Assembly (NCBI GenBank): GCA_016748015.1 | Contig: JAAOMT010000098.1 | Span: 62,310-126,309 of the forward strand | Direction of reading: 5' to 3' | DNA: 64,000 bases | Source of the DNA: Geosiphon pyriformis uo1 | Lineage: Eukaryota; Fungi; Glomeromycota | Part shown: positions 27,131 through 39,872 of the stretch, piece by piece | How the letters are laid out: each line of letters begins with the position of its first letter | Position numbering within the stretch: the first letter of the stretch is position 1 | The notes under the pieces: generated by a model | The model's input: the letters and a program-made list of their open reading frames with translations, nothing else | What the model was told of the DNA's origin: nothing | The model's database searches: none | Made by a program: the position numbers and the translations under genes

Positions 27131-28691
27131 TTATCCTTCAAAAATAGAGTTTCTATTGCTTTTGAGGTTATCAAAAGTTGAACCATATAGTGAATTACCA
27201 CTTGATTTTTGGTCATGACTAAGAGGCCTGTCACCAGCTTTCATGTTACTTAAATGGAATTCAACCAAAGAAGCTAATAACGGAATGGCCGAAAAAGTTT
27301 GTTTCTCCAAATTCGTGGGATCTTTACCAATCTCAACTGTAAGCGATTGGGGGTCTGGCAAAAGGGATTCTTCCGCTTCCAATTGATAATTATTGGCCGT
27401 TAAGAAACCATGAGATAAAAGAAAATCTGCCAACCAGATAACATCTGGATTCGAAGAGCAGTTAAAAAAATCAGCAAAACTCCATCTTATTGGTTTCCTG
27501 GTTTTGTTTGCCAATTTCATTTCAAAGAGATTTAAAATACTTTTGTATGGATTCTTTGACTGGCAGAAAACTGGTAGGCTTTGTCTATGAAAAATCGAAT
27601 TTGTAAAGTCTTGGGCCACAATTTCATCTGTTCGATTATCACAATATGCTTCTAAATCTTTAAGGCAGATAAATGTCAATTCGGGATGACCTCGAGTGAG
27701 ATTAAAAAGCTCCTGAGCAAAATCTGTAGCCGAAATCTTAGCGTTACGATCCTTTCGCAATTTTTGGAGCAATATTTCTACCTCAGCTTGATCAAAGTAC
27801 AGTTCTTGCGTGTCCAGTATTTTCCCCCTTCTTCGAAACGCACGATTTAGTGATAAATCCCTCCTAAAAAGTCTCCCTTCGTTTAAATAACTCAAGAAGT
27901 TGGGTGTTCCACTGAATAAAAACATAATTTTTGAGGGATTATTTATTGAGGGATATATACAATTTTTTAAGAACTCTCCCATAAAATTATTCAGCTCCCA
28001 TGTTTCCAAATATCCAAGTAGAATGTCAGCGTCATCAATTATGATAGGAATCATGGCTGATTCTGGAAGTTTCTGTTTCAATCGAGAAAGCCAATTGCCC
28101 CAATTTGCTAATTCAGTGATATGTGAAGAAGAAGAGAATACTTCCCAAAAGTTATTCCAAAATTTTCCAGGTTTCTTTTCGATATCAGATAGGCAAAAGT
28201 AAAATGGATAAACTGTTGGCTGTTGATCGAGTAATTGTGTTACAATTTTGAGCGTTGTTGTTCTCCCAGAACCTTCATGAGAGAGAAGAAGTAAGTGGCT
28301 GTATTCTCGCGAGATGAAAAGTTTCAATATTTTTTCTGCTAATTTCGGAGGAACAAGATAAGGTGAAGATGAAAAAGTTGGCCAATTCTTAATTACGAAA
28401 TCTTCTTTTTCAGCTAAATATAAGATTTTAAAATCAGAAATTGTGAATATTTTACTTTGAAAGTTCGGGGAAACGATTAAAGCCAAAAATTTTTTCTCTT
28501 TACACACCCTTTAAATTTGTTAACTTGTACAAACCGTCACCAACATGGTGCATATTCGGAGATTGAGGCAGCAATTTTGATAATTTTCTAGAATTGCCAC
28601 TTAATGAACCATTCTTTTTAATAGTCCAAGTCAATTTTCTGAAAATTTTAAAAGCAATCGGCCTGGAATAAAAAGCTCGTTTTCCAATCAT
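27131..28691 (-). CDS. P-loop NTPase-like (STAND/AAA-like) protein with degenerate Walker A. Probable exon 1 28691 to 28535 or 28508, exon 2 28413-27131
   Basis: LLLLSHEGSGRTT (Walker A-like), IPIIIDDAD (Walker B), FLFSGT and LFNLTRGHP (GxP-like). A phase-1 GT-AG intron links the 28500-28796 ORF to the 458-aa ORF. Start and 3' end are uncertain. Confidence 0.6.
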
Positions 28692-29191
28692 AATATTCAT
28701 ACTGATGGAAAAAAAATCACCCAAAAAAAAAATGATACCATAAAAAACTAGTAATGATTGACAATATATCATCTGTTCTTGTGCGTTACGAGTCATGGGT
28801 CACGTGTAATTAGTTTTCCGGAGATCGACTGATGTCCGCAGTCTAAGAGCCACTGTAGGGCTGTGAGGCAGCACGCAAACTAAAAAGTGCTCCATGCAAA
28901 ATCTTTGACGCTATCAATAGGATGTAGCGAGACATATGCTAAGAAGATAAGACCCATAGCCCTGGGCGTAGATTTTGCAAGGGTTTCAATTTGGAATTTG
29001 TGCACGAGCTCATTAACACATTCTGATCTGGAAATTGATCAAAGTGTTGTTTTTCTTGTTGCTTCCATTTTACGCTTTATTAATTAAGGTTCCGTCTCGA
29101 TTCGTAAAGTTAAAGATTTTCCTTTTACGAAAAAGATTGCCTTTTTAATAATAAAACGCGATTAACAGCTATTTTTCACCAAACATTCTAA

Positions 29192-30646
29192 ATGACTTTG
29201 AATTATGACAACGATCAAGTAACCAGTTCCAGAAATTCCTCTTTAAACATTAATGCGAATTTTTCTCAAAATTTTGATCTAAACGATATCAAGCCTATAA
29301 AACGTGATGAACTTTTGGAAAAATTTTCATTTGAATTAAATACAAATATTGGCGATGAAACAAATCAAAAGCGCCATCGAGGTCGAAAACAGCATAACCT
29401 AGGCCCAAATTCGGGCCACAGGCTCGGCTACAGCGTGAACAGAAATTTTACCCTAGCAGAAGTTTCGCTTTTAAAAAATATTCTTAAGGAGTCAGGTGAT
29501 CCACCGGCTGATTTATTCGCAACCCGTATTTGGCCACCAGATACCAATGATCAACATAATCCAGAGTTTCATCATTATCAGCACTACCTTAACGAGGATG
29601 GTATGGTTATGAAAGTTGTGGATCATGGTACGACAAATTCGAACCCGGTTTTTCCGGTCTTCAAAGAAGAAAGGCCAAAAAATGAAAATTTTTCAAATTC
29701 TTGTCGAAAGAGAACTCGAAATGTCACGTCACCATATCAAGCTCGAGTGCTTCGTAACGTCTATGCTGCAACTTCTTTCCCATCAACAGAAATGCGTGAA
29801 GCTCTTGGAAAAGCTTTGAATATGCGTCCAAGAACAGTTCAAATTTGGTTTCAAAATCAACGTCAAAAGGGGAAAAACAATCCTGAATCAAACTCATTGC
29901 ATGCAGCCAGAATACTAAAAAAAGATGGATGGCAAAGTCCTGCGGTTGAGATGCCAATCTCACAAGTGTCTAGCACAGATGCAATATATTTCCAAAATTT
30001 GGCAGTATTTGAAAGTGATAAAAGTGAGGGCGAAGTTGATCTCAATCCAAATACAATTTCGTCTCTAATAACGGGAGATCTCGGTCAATCTGGTTATCAT
30101 CAAAATCAAATTAATGATATTAAAAACAACGATGATGTTAGTTATGCCCCGATTGAAGCATTCTCAAGAAATAAAGACCAAGAATGTCTACATCAAAATT
30201 ATGGACACCTACAATCGGAAACACGAGGTTTTCTACCAGTCACAGATTTTCCAATTGGTACTCGATTCAACATCGCAATGAGATCAACAGATAGTTCTCC
30301 CTTCGTTCCAATTTCTCATCCTGATGCCCGAGTAACTCAAATTCATTCACGAACGACTTTTACTTCATTTCAAAATCCTCCATTTTTCTACCGATCATCT
30401 AGCATAAGTCCTCAATATCCCATTCATGAAGCATTAATCAAACCTATCATAGCAACATGCCCAAGCAATCTACAACAGGACGAGGAATGTTCAATGGAGC
30501 AAAATGTGCCACAGCAACAAAATGAATCAACTTTCAATGATTTTTTTGATTCAGGCTTTCAATCTAATCCAACTTTAGCCATGTTGGCAACTACAGCTCT
30601 ACAAGTGGAAGTTGGGGATCTAGTATCAGCATCATGCACAAATTAA
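29192..30646 (+). CDS. Homeobox transcription factor (non-TALE, WFQNQRQK)
   Basis: 484-aa ORF containing RKRTRNVTSPYQARVLRNVYAATSFPSTEMREALGKALNMRPRTVQIWFQNQRQK. Confidence 0.92.
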   Translation: MTLNYDNDQVTSSRNSSLNINANFSQNFDLNDIKPIKRDELLEKFSFELNTNIGDETNQKRHRGRKQHNLGPNSGHRLGYSVNRNFTLAEVSLLKNILKESGDPPADLFATRIWPPDTNDQHNPEFHHYQHYLNEDGMVMKVVDHGTTNSNPVFPVFKEERPKNENFSNSCRKRTRNVTSPYQARVLRNVYAATSFPSTEMREALGKALNMRPRTVQIWFQNQRQKGKNNPESNSLHAARILKKDGWQSPAVEMPISQVSSTDAIYFQNLAVFESDKSEGEVDLNPNTISSLITGDLGQSGYHQNQINDIKNNDDVSYAPIEAFSRNKDQECLHQNYGHLQSETRGFLPVTDFPIGTRFNIAMRSTDSSPFVPISHPDARVTQIHSRTTFTSFQNPPFFYRSSSISPQYPIHEALIKPIIATCPSNLQQDEECSMEQNVPQQQNESTFNDFFDSGFQSNPTLAMLATTALQVEVGDLVSASCTN

Positions 30647-31964
30647 TTTTAATAATAGTCACAGCTAATGGACAACATGGGGTTAGGTTGTTCATTAATA
30701 TTCTTTATGAAATCTCGTCTTTCCATCAAATTAGTCCCTTTATTTTCTTAATCATCTGGAGCGTGAGGTAAGCAATTACTTCCTCAATTAATACGCTCTT
30801 AAACGGAATATATTTTTCTCCGAATAAACGTGATTTCACAGAAATCAGATGCTATTTTGAATTCCTGTGTCGTTACCAAATTGCCAGATTTTCCCTTTAA
30901 TTTGATATTACAAATTCCCAATTATTGGTTTGACCAGTTGCTCTGCCAGCCTGAATCCAATTTAATCTTTCTCATGCCTAAAAAAGACTGTATTTAAATT
31001 TAAAACAATTACAGATTTTCTTAAATACACGTCATTTCTGATGAGGAAGTTGTTTAGGGGCTAATATTCATTTCTAAAGGTTGATTTAATATCGCTTTGA
31101 CATAATGTAAATAAACATCACATTTTAATTTTGTTTGATATTTGACCAAAATGGTATTTGTCGAAAATCAGAATGCCACCAATATATAAATTTAATGTGA
31201 GTATTAGAAATTAAAGCCTAATTCTCATTTAACAATCATAATATATTAAAATTTTTTCAATCCCGAATTAAGATCTTGATGAGTCTACCATCGGTATTTC
31301 TCCCGTCTTTACGAAATTTTTTGAAAATAAATAAACGCTTTCAACTGAGAATTCTGATTGAGTGTTAATACGACCGGTTTTCATTTGAAAACATGCTTTT
31401 TTGTAAATAAAAATTTTGAATTCATCTATTGAAAAATAAATTGAGTCAATATTTTAACCGTTGCTACTAGTAAATATTTATTATCCAATCTATTATTTTT
31501 AATTAACAACCTAGAGGCTCATTGTTATCTGGTATTCAAATTTTTAAATTTTACTTGGTTAGTTAAAAACTTGTCAGCCAAAATGTCATCAAAAAAGTTA
31601 TTGACAAAATACATTTCCCGCATTATTAATTGCTTAAGAGTATTTTTTTTAAGTCTACAATGCTTAAGAAATTAATAATGTGAAAATTGTCCAAGATTTT
31701 TTTTGTGAATTTTAAGGATTTTTATTAATCCATCTGTAGAAAGAAATCTATGTGCAGAATTTCGATAATTCTAATTTCACCATCCAAAAATGCTACTCGA
31801 AGTCAAGAAATCAAAATTTTCTTTGTTGAACCAATTCAATTCGCATTATCATTTGTAACATAAAATGCGGTATATTAAAATAATATTTAGTCGGTGCTTT
31901 AAATAGGATTTAGGATGTTCATTACAAAAGTAAATAAACGAAGTGAAAATGAATCTAACAAAGT

Positions 31965-32324
31965 ATAAAAGCATCAGCAAATTCTAGAAGATTTAGATAT
32001 CTTAAGCCCTTAATAAATTTGTGAAAATTTTCGTTTGAAAAAAGTGAAGACAGAATAGTTCAAGACTCATGTTATATCATAGAATAAACTTTGAAAAAAA
32101 CCGGAATTTGTGGATTCAGTCGCATTTGAATATTTGAAGATGAATCGTGACCAAAACAATTATTGCTTGAAACATTTCTATAATAAGTCTCTAAATTTGA
32201 AAGACCTCAACTAGAATTACTTTCTCTCATTGAAAAATGCAAATGATCAGGCTTTAACAACCTGTTTCCTAAGACACTAAGGAATATTAAAAGGAAAAAA
32301 TGAATAGATCAGAGGCTAGACTAA
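31965..32324 (+). repeat. Dispersed repeat with a stop-riddled reading frame; inverted second copy at 52052-52386
   Basis: gaagatttagatatcttaagcccttaataaatttgtgaaaattttcgtttgaaaaaagtga is the near reverse complement of 52304-52364. Similarity extends across the interval. Confidence 0.85.
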
Positions 32325-32944
32325 AAATAATTTCTTGATTATTAAAATATTTGTGGTATATTCAGTTCAAATAAATGTAGATTATTTATTAAATGTAAAA
32401 ATTAAGTATACCAGGATAGCAGCTTGCAAAAACAAAGATTTTTTTGAAAAAAATTTGGTTCCAAATTGGCAGTATTACAAAAATTGTTTTTTAGTAACTA
32501 AAAAATATTAAATTCATTTTTTAAATTTTTAATTGTTGTTTATAAAAATGGTTAATTGCTCTTTGATTTTTTTTGTTTGCAGACTTCTTAAAATTTCTTG
32601 TTGTGTTAGCAAGATTTTTTGCTTCTTTGAAAAGTGTTTAACTGTAAAACATTTTAAGTTTTAATTCAGAAACCAAACTCTTAAAGAGTCATAATTAGTT
32701 CAAGATTTCTAAATTTTAATAAATACAATTTGTTAAGAAGCTCAATGTTAAGTTATTTTCAAGCCAATTGATTTTAAATTTTTCCAAAAAGTTCAATTAC
32801 AATGTTGACTATGTCCAATTTTTAAAGAATAAGAAGTTAATTTGCGAAATGTTGAAAATTTAATTAAATTCTAACCATTAAAATAACTACACATAGCCAC
32901 TTTTATGGTAAACTGATTCCACTGGTATTGGGTTAATCGTAATA

Positions 32945-33974
32945 AACCGCTGTCAATTGGTGGGCTAACTTCCGGGTTTGTATCCCAACATTCCTGATAA
33001 AGTTGCACATAGCTTTTAGGCGTCCCAAAAATTGGAGTCTTCCATTTTTACCTTGGGAAATAAACAAAAAAAAGGCTATCTCTTTTGACTTCTTTCAAAG
33101 GCTCTATTTGGCTTGATAGCTCCTAGAGCGGTACGCCTACACTGTAGACATCCGATTTGTAATCGTTTTTATAAGAAGGATCTAAAAAGCATTGGAGATC
33201 TATATAAAAGATTTTTCCAAAATTTTGATCAATTGTTGCAGTATCTTTTGACAATCCAAAACCAGCTATTTTAATATGGCCGTCATGGATTAAGATATTT
33301 TTAGGATCCTAAATATTTAACGGAAGAATTGAGTTTAAATTGAAAGCTTTAAAACATTCAAATTCAAGTTCATTTTTACCAGATCCTATGTATAAATTTC
33401 CTCGCTATGGAGATATACAACTCCTTCTATTAATTCTATCGCAAGACAACTTTGGGTTTCCCATTCAAAAGGATCTTTACCATTGCATTTCTTTACCAAG
33501 AAATCGCGCAAATTTCCATCATTTTGCAAATTGCATCACCAAAAAATGGGAGCTCTCAACTATATAAAAAATAATTTTTATAAACTTCTTCCTAGATGAA
33601 TATACTTTTTAAATATAAAAGTTACAGTAACTTACAATCGCTGATGCCTTAAAATCCAATTATTCGTTCATGATTTCTGATTTTCAAAAATATTTTTTAC
33701 CTATCAAAAGTAAGATGTATTGATAGAGTCCATATAAGGCGATTTTATAAAACTATTCGTTTTAAAACCAAATAATATTTTAAAATCCTACCTCTCTAAT
33801 GAAAGCATCGAAAGCAGATTTAGTGGGAATATGGGATTGGCTTATTTCCTTGAGAGCAACTTTTTTCTCTCCTTGTGCAAGATTATTAAATTCATTGAAC
33901 TCTGGAAATGGATTTTTTTTCAAGTGTGGTGCCGTTTGCGATGGCATCATCAACCATTCTTGAGATGAAGTCAT
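32945..33974 (-). pseudogene. TKL kinase pseudogene
   Basis: The reverse strand gives KVALK, LVMQFA/DGNLRDFL, YLHS../IHRDL|DPKNIL, KIAGFGLSK (DFG Asp lost), KSDVYSVGVPL*EL and YQECWDTNPE. In-frame stops and frameshifts are present and introns are retained. Confidence 0.85.
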
Positions 33975-34747
33975 TGATAAGTTGGAGTATCAAATCTGTG
34001 AATAAAATCAATAAACTTAAATGATTTCCATTTACGCGTTTGTGGCTGAATGCTTCATTTTATTGCAGATTCAAAGTCTAAATTGGCTTTTTAAAAAATT
34101 CTAATCCATCTATGAAATATAAGCCCCCAACAAATGAATATGTTGTGCCCTGAATTACTTATTGACAATAGTCCCCCCAAATCAAAATATTTCAATAATT
34201 CTCCCAGCATTTATTCTAACCCTATTTAGTTAGACCAATTTTGATTTGGGACATAACAAGTACATGTATTTTTTAAGTTTTTAGCCCATTAGCATTGTAG
34301 AAATCCAATAGGTCAGTTTTTTTATTTTGATATTTCTCATAGGCTTAATAATTTACACCTGGCTAAATTGGCAATAACCTATTTTCTCATTAACCGAAAA
34401 TACGTGGGTAATATATTCTCTTTAACTCCATTATGCAAATTCTATGTTTAAAATTTCAACAATGAAAAGGGATTGGAAACTAGTAATATTCACTAAAAAT
34501 TGTCTTTTGTTTTATATGATTATGAGAATTGGGGACACCATTAAGAGGGGGTGAAAGGAAAGTCTCCCAATAATTGAGAAGAAGTGAAATGAAGAAATTA
34601 TTGAAATTAGTCTATTTATTTATTTATTTATTTATTTATCTCTCTCCTGTTTTAAATAATAAGATTGTCTAAATTTACAATAGAACGTAGAGGTTTCCCA
34701 TATTTGATGTTTAATCAATTAGAGGCTTCAATGGCTTGACGGTCGGT

Positions 34748-35869
34748 TTATTGTATACAACAGCGTACTCGTTTTGAATCATTTGGTGCACCTTTTGGTC
34801 GTGCTAATATGCTTACTTGTGCGGCTTGTTCGAAGGCTTCTTTTACTCCTGTAAAAATTTTTCAATTAGATGAATGATTAGTGAATGAACGAATCATTGA
34901 TTTAAAACATAAAAATGTATATTTTAACAAAAATCAAGTAATGTTTTACCTCGATTATGTTTTGCGGAGCATTCTAAATACCGTGATGCTTGAATATTTC
35001 TTGCTACGAGTAAACCCTAAATTTACATATTCGAATACAATAATTAAATATAACCACAGATCATATAATCATTTCAGTTATATGATTTAAATTTCTATTT
35101 ACCTCCTCATATGAAACGGGTTTTAGTCCATACCGAGACATATTACGTCTGGTATTTTCGTCGGTTCTCAAATCACATTTTAATGCTACCAAAACGATCT
35201 TAACACCCGGGCAATTTTCAACAATTTCTTCCATCCATTTTGATTCAATATTTTCTAGAGAATCTCGATTATCCACCGAGAAACATATCATGATAACGTG
35301 CGTATCTGCATAGGAAAGTGCCCGAAGACGATCAAATTCTTCTTGTCCTGGATTTGGAAATAATGGTAAGATGTTAGAGAATATAAAATTTCATAACAAT
35401 GAATTAACAGTCAAGCTTAGAATCAATATTTTTATATGACGAACCTGCTGTATCCCACAAGGAAAGTTCGACTTGTTGGTTATCAACCCAAATATCATGC
35501 ACATAATTTTCAAAAACAGTCGGCTCATAAACCTATGGCAGTAGAAAAAAAAACATAGTGGGTCAAAGATTAATTAGTTGTTGTTGAATAAACAGAAACT
35601 TGAACAAAACTTCTTAAAAGCTATGTAAAAGTTTTTTTTGGTTTTTAAACTTTTTGTTATCGATCTTCTTTCTCATAAAATAATAATAATAAACTTTTCT
35701 AGGTTCTTTTCAATGAAAACGCAAAACCAACTTTGGTTTACTATACCTGTGGGAAATAACCTTGTGTAAAGACATTCAATAAAGAAGTTTTTCCAATAGC
35801 ACCATCACCTAGAACTACTAATTTACGTTGTATTAAATTTTTTCCTCCAAAGAAGCCTCCACAAGCCAT
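34748..35869 (-). CDS. RHO3: Rho-family GTPase Rho3. Exons 35869-35747, 35532-35445, 35347-35103, 35016-34950, 34848-34748
   Basis: MACGG N-terminal Cys, [71 protein letters not shown] and CAAX CCIQ*. Confidence 0.93.
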
Positions 35870-35945
35870 TGCAATTTTTTTGGTATGATGGTTAATTGAA
35901 AGGTAATTTTTGGGTTTATTTAAAGTATCGAGTATAAAGGTGAAG

Positions 35946-35990
<45 letters not shown>

Positions 35991-38900
35991 ATTGCTGCTG
36001 ATTACTTGAAAGCAAGTATTAAATTATATAGTGGGAGCAGAATAGAAAAATGAGGAAGCGATTCTTGAGGTGGATAATATTGTGATATATTTCGGCTTTT
36101 CTCTCTTTTACTGAAAATTTCACACTTTTTCAAAATTTGAGTTAAAAAGTAATTTTCTTTCTGATCATTCGCTCGATACTTCACCAATTTTATGTTGAGA
36201 CAATTTTTCAGTTTGTTTGTTTAATAACCAATAAAGGCTGGGTGAAACAAGGGGGTATTAACCTTTAAAAGAATAGTTGACGTTGAAGATAGCGGTGAAA
36301 GTAAGATAAATAAGAAAAAAGGGAACGGAATAATATTGATGATCGTATTAAGGGGCTGATTATTTTTTGTTATTATTATAAAACGTCACTTGACAAATTG
36401 AGGGGATTAATTGATAGACGGGTTTTCCAAGTTTAGACCTAAATACCCATGAGATATGCAAGACGATCTGAAATATATGCAGCGATGAAAATTGGAATCC
36501 AACAATTCTGTAAAAAGCGGCCCTTTGAATAATTAAAAAAATTACCAGCTACATATATATATTTGGATAATTATGATACAGATAGGAGATTGCCTAGCCA
36601 AATTCAATTTCCGATTTAAATATCATCATTTTCATGAAATTCTTTTATGAAAAAAGATTCTATTATTCTTTGGATTTCAACACTTCTCGCCATTTTAAAA
36701 GTAAGCGAAAAACTTTTGAATTTGAAATCAATGTCCTGGGGCTCACTATATGACGTCAATTCAGAGATTTTTTTGAATTCGGAAAAATGTCAAAATTTTA
36801 AAATAGGTTTACGGGAAATATTACATCTTATAATGAAGATAAAAATAGATGACGATCAAAGTGCATAAAAGTAAAAGTCTCGATTACAATTTTTTAACCA
36901 ATGTGTTCTAACTGAATTACGGATTCATTTTCCATTTGGAATTCCGAGGAAACTTTTAAGGTCTATTGAAAAAATATCTTGAGTTTCATCAATTATAAGA
37001 GGGATCTTTGGAGAAATGTTGGAAATAGAAGAAAATTAAATACCTTGGCACACAAATATAAATATAGAAGTTACAAAAATAGAAATAGAAAAACCTGGGA
37101 GCTTTTTGTTTTAAAATTATTGATTAATTGTTCTGAAACCCTCTTAATAAAATATTTTAGATTTTAGAAAATTCGAGCATCTAGCAGCGTCCTGTAAAAA
37201 TTTTTGAAAGTATCATATAGAAATTTTGGGGGATATAGAACGAAAAGTCTTATTAATAAATTCTTGGAAACGATAATACATATGTACCTTCTTTGATAGG
37301 GTTGGTAAAAAGATTTTACTTGGATGTAATATTCATAAAGAAAGCACAAATAATAATGTAAAAATTTACATATTAGGTTATTAAAATCAATGGGATATTT
37401 TTAAATCTAACTATAAAGCATTTCTTTGATTCAATATTTTTAGAATAAATTACGATTTACTAATTTTGAAAACTGACAATGATTCGACTCAGTTCAAAAT
37501 ATTTAGGAAAACTTCATAGACAGAATTTTGCAATAATGATTCGATGATTTGAGTGTTTGTTAGAATCAATTTCATTTATGAAAATAGTGTTGACACATGA
37601 AAACTGGTCGAAACCATTTTGTTAAGCAATGGTCTAAATTACCCAACTTAAACAATGAATAAAGAACCTGAAAATAAAATATTTGTTAAATCTTTTTAAC
37701 CTTTGACCTGTAATGAGAAAATTTTTTATAAAAGAATTTCATGTTAAAATCATTAGAGCTTTCACTATTTACAATTTTTCATAGTCTTAAAGAAAAATCA
37801 TTTATTTTAAAATTTTCTATAAAATATTTGCTGATTTGCCTTCGGATATCAAGGGTGGATCCCGAATCTTTTTTTGAATGCTATGCTATTAGACAACAAA
37901 TAATTTGTGTAGTCCGATAAATTTAACTATATACATGTAAAGATACGTTACAGATATATTTTGTCTGGCTTAATTGGAAAATGATAATCTATTTAAATAC
38001 ATGTACCTAATATTAAGAGATTTGGCGATACAGAATTCGGATTAGTGGGCTTCTTTATTGTCTCAAACTGTAGAACAAAGTCTATCAATGACTGTTACTC
38101 TTATTCTTTCAGAGAAATGTTTAATAACGTAAACGCAAAACAAGGAGTTTATTATATTTTCAAAACAATACACTCTTAATTTAATTCAAGGTTAAAGGTA
38201 ACTGAGATATCGTATTCTCCTTCACAATTATCCAAAAATATACAGTATCCCTCGATCTAAGTAGTTTTTATTGAAATTTTTCCAAATTCATAGAACTGTT
38301 TTCATTTATATATGTTTTTTAGCAGCTTGACTCTAAATCTTTCTTTTCTCCCAGTAAGATTTTTATCTCGAAAGGCTTTAATACGTGAACTAATCGTAGT
38401 CTTGAGATTGCCAGCTCATTCAAGGGAACTATAAAAGTTTGTAAAATATTCAGTGGATAAATGTCCACAGACTAGGTGAGCTGGAATTTCTGGTTAATAG
38501 AGGCTCGGCACAATTAATATGGATGTTTGGCTTTATGAATAATGAGAAAATTACCACTCGATTATCTAATTGTAAAATTGCTGTAAAAGACAGAAAGTAC
38601 AGATAAATATTAAACATTTAAAAGGTTAAAGGCATGATCATGGATAGTTGCGAAATACCAGCGTCTGTCTATATGTACAGAAACTTGCGTCTTGAAACTG
38701 AAGAACGAAGAATCGCAAACAGTTAATGTTCTTAATATGATTCTTATTCTTTCTTTCATTTCTGATCGAAGGGGTAAAGGAATTCACATATGGCACTTGA
38801 AGTTTTGGGTTTGGATGTGCCCCTAAAATTTACAGCTTTTGAATCATCATGGTAGAATTATCAAAGGTTTACGTCCTGAAATTGGAGTAGGAACCCCTAG

Positions 38901-39310
38901 TGCTATGTTGAATTTACCAAGATATGAGTCAATAATGACCTTAGAAAGCGTTCCAAAGCCCTTATATTTGCATGTCTTTTAATAAGACGAATTAAATTTA
39001 ATATAAAGTTGTACAGGAGATTGATTTTTGTCCCCAAAATTTCAAACCGAAAAAATTTTATCGTCATTTATAATCAATAATAACATTATCAATATAATAA
39101 GATTCATTTGACGTAAATTCTTGATCATAAGAAATTTTTTAATAAATAAGACTTTTGGACCAAGACAATAACCTGAGTCATGAATATTTCCTATTTTTAG
39201 ATATTAATAACTTTCCTTAAATATAATTTAAGACAATTCATTACGTGAAATTGAGATTTTAATTTGAAAAAATATTGGAAAAGTTATAAATGTATGATAA
39301 TACAAATACA

Positions 39311-39391
<81 letters not shown>

Positions 39392-39872
39392 CCTTTTACA
39401 TACATATATATAGAAAATTAAATATCAAACCTATGGTTATGATGCATAGCTAAATTCAAATTCTCTTGAAACAATATTTAATTTAATATTCCACGAAATT
39501 CAAAATCATCCAAATTTGCCAAATCATCATTTTTACAATTGAGCACATTCGGTTGAAAGTTTGTGAAACAGCTAGAACACAAAATTGTACAATTGTTCCA
39601 CAATAATACAATTTCTTCACCGGTACAACGAGTGTAAAACAGCAGGTTAGATTTAAAGTTTGAACTTCAGTTCAAGTGGAGAAGTTTATGACTTATGTAA
39701 TGAAATCCCAAAATAATAGATAAAACTAATGATTTTCTTGCTTGAACTTGAATATTAAAATTTATAAGTTCTTAGGCACTTTTGTCTCAGAATTTCAAAG
39801 ATACATCAAATGTTAATGAAGAAATTGTTTAAATAAAATATCAAAAAAATTATTTCCAAAAGAAATTTAATA

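Noticed and set aside
27131-30646. Head-to-head pair with a homeobox gene as a possible HD1/HD2 mating-type locus
   Set aside because: The divergent partner has P-loop motifs and no homeodomain, and I see no phosphoglycerate kinase or choline transporter gene nearby.
34176-34250. 13-bp inverted repeat cccaaatcaaaat/attttgatttggg as a MITE
   Set aside because: No target-site duplication or second copy seen.
37850-38950. Moderately GC-rich stretch with splice-like sites on the minus strand
   Set aside because: I could not assemble a consistent frame or recognise a motif.
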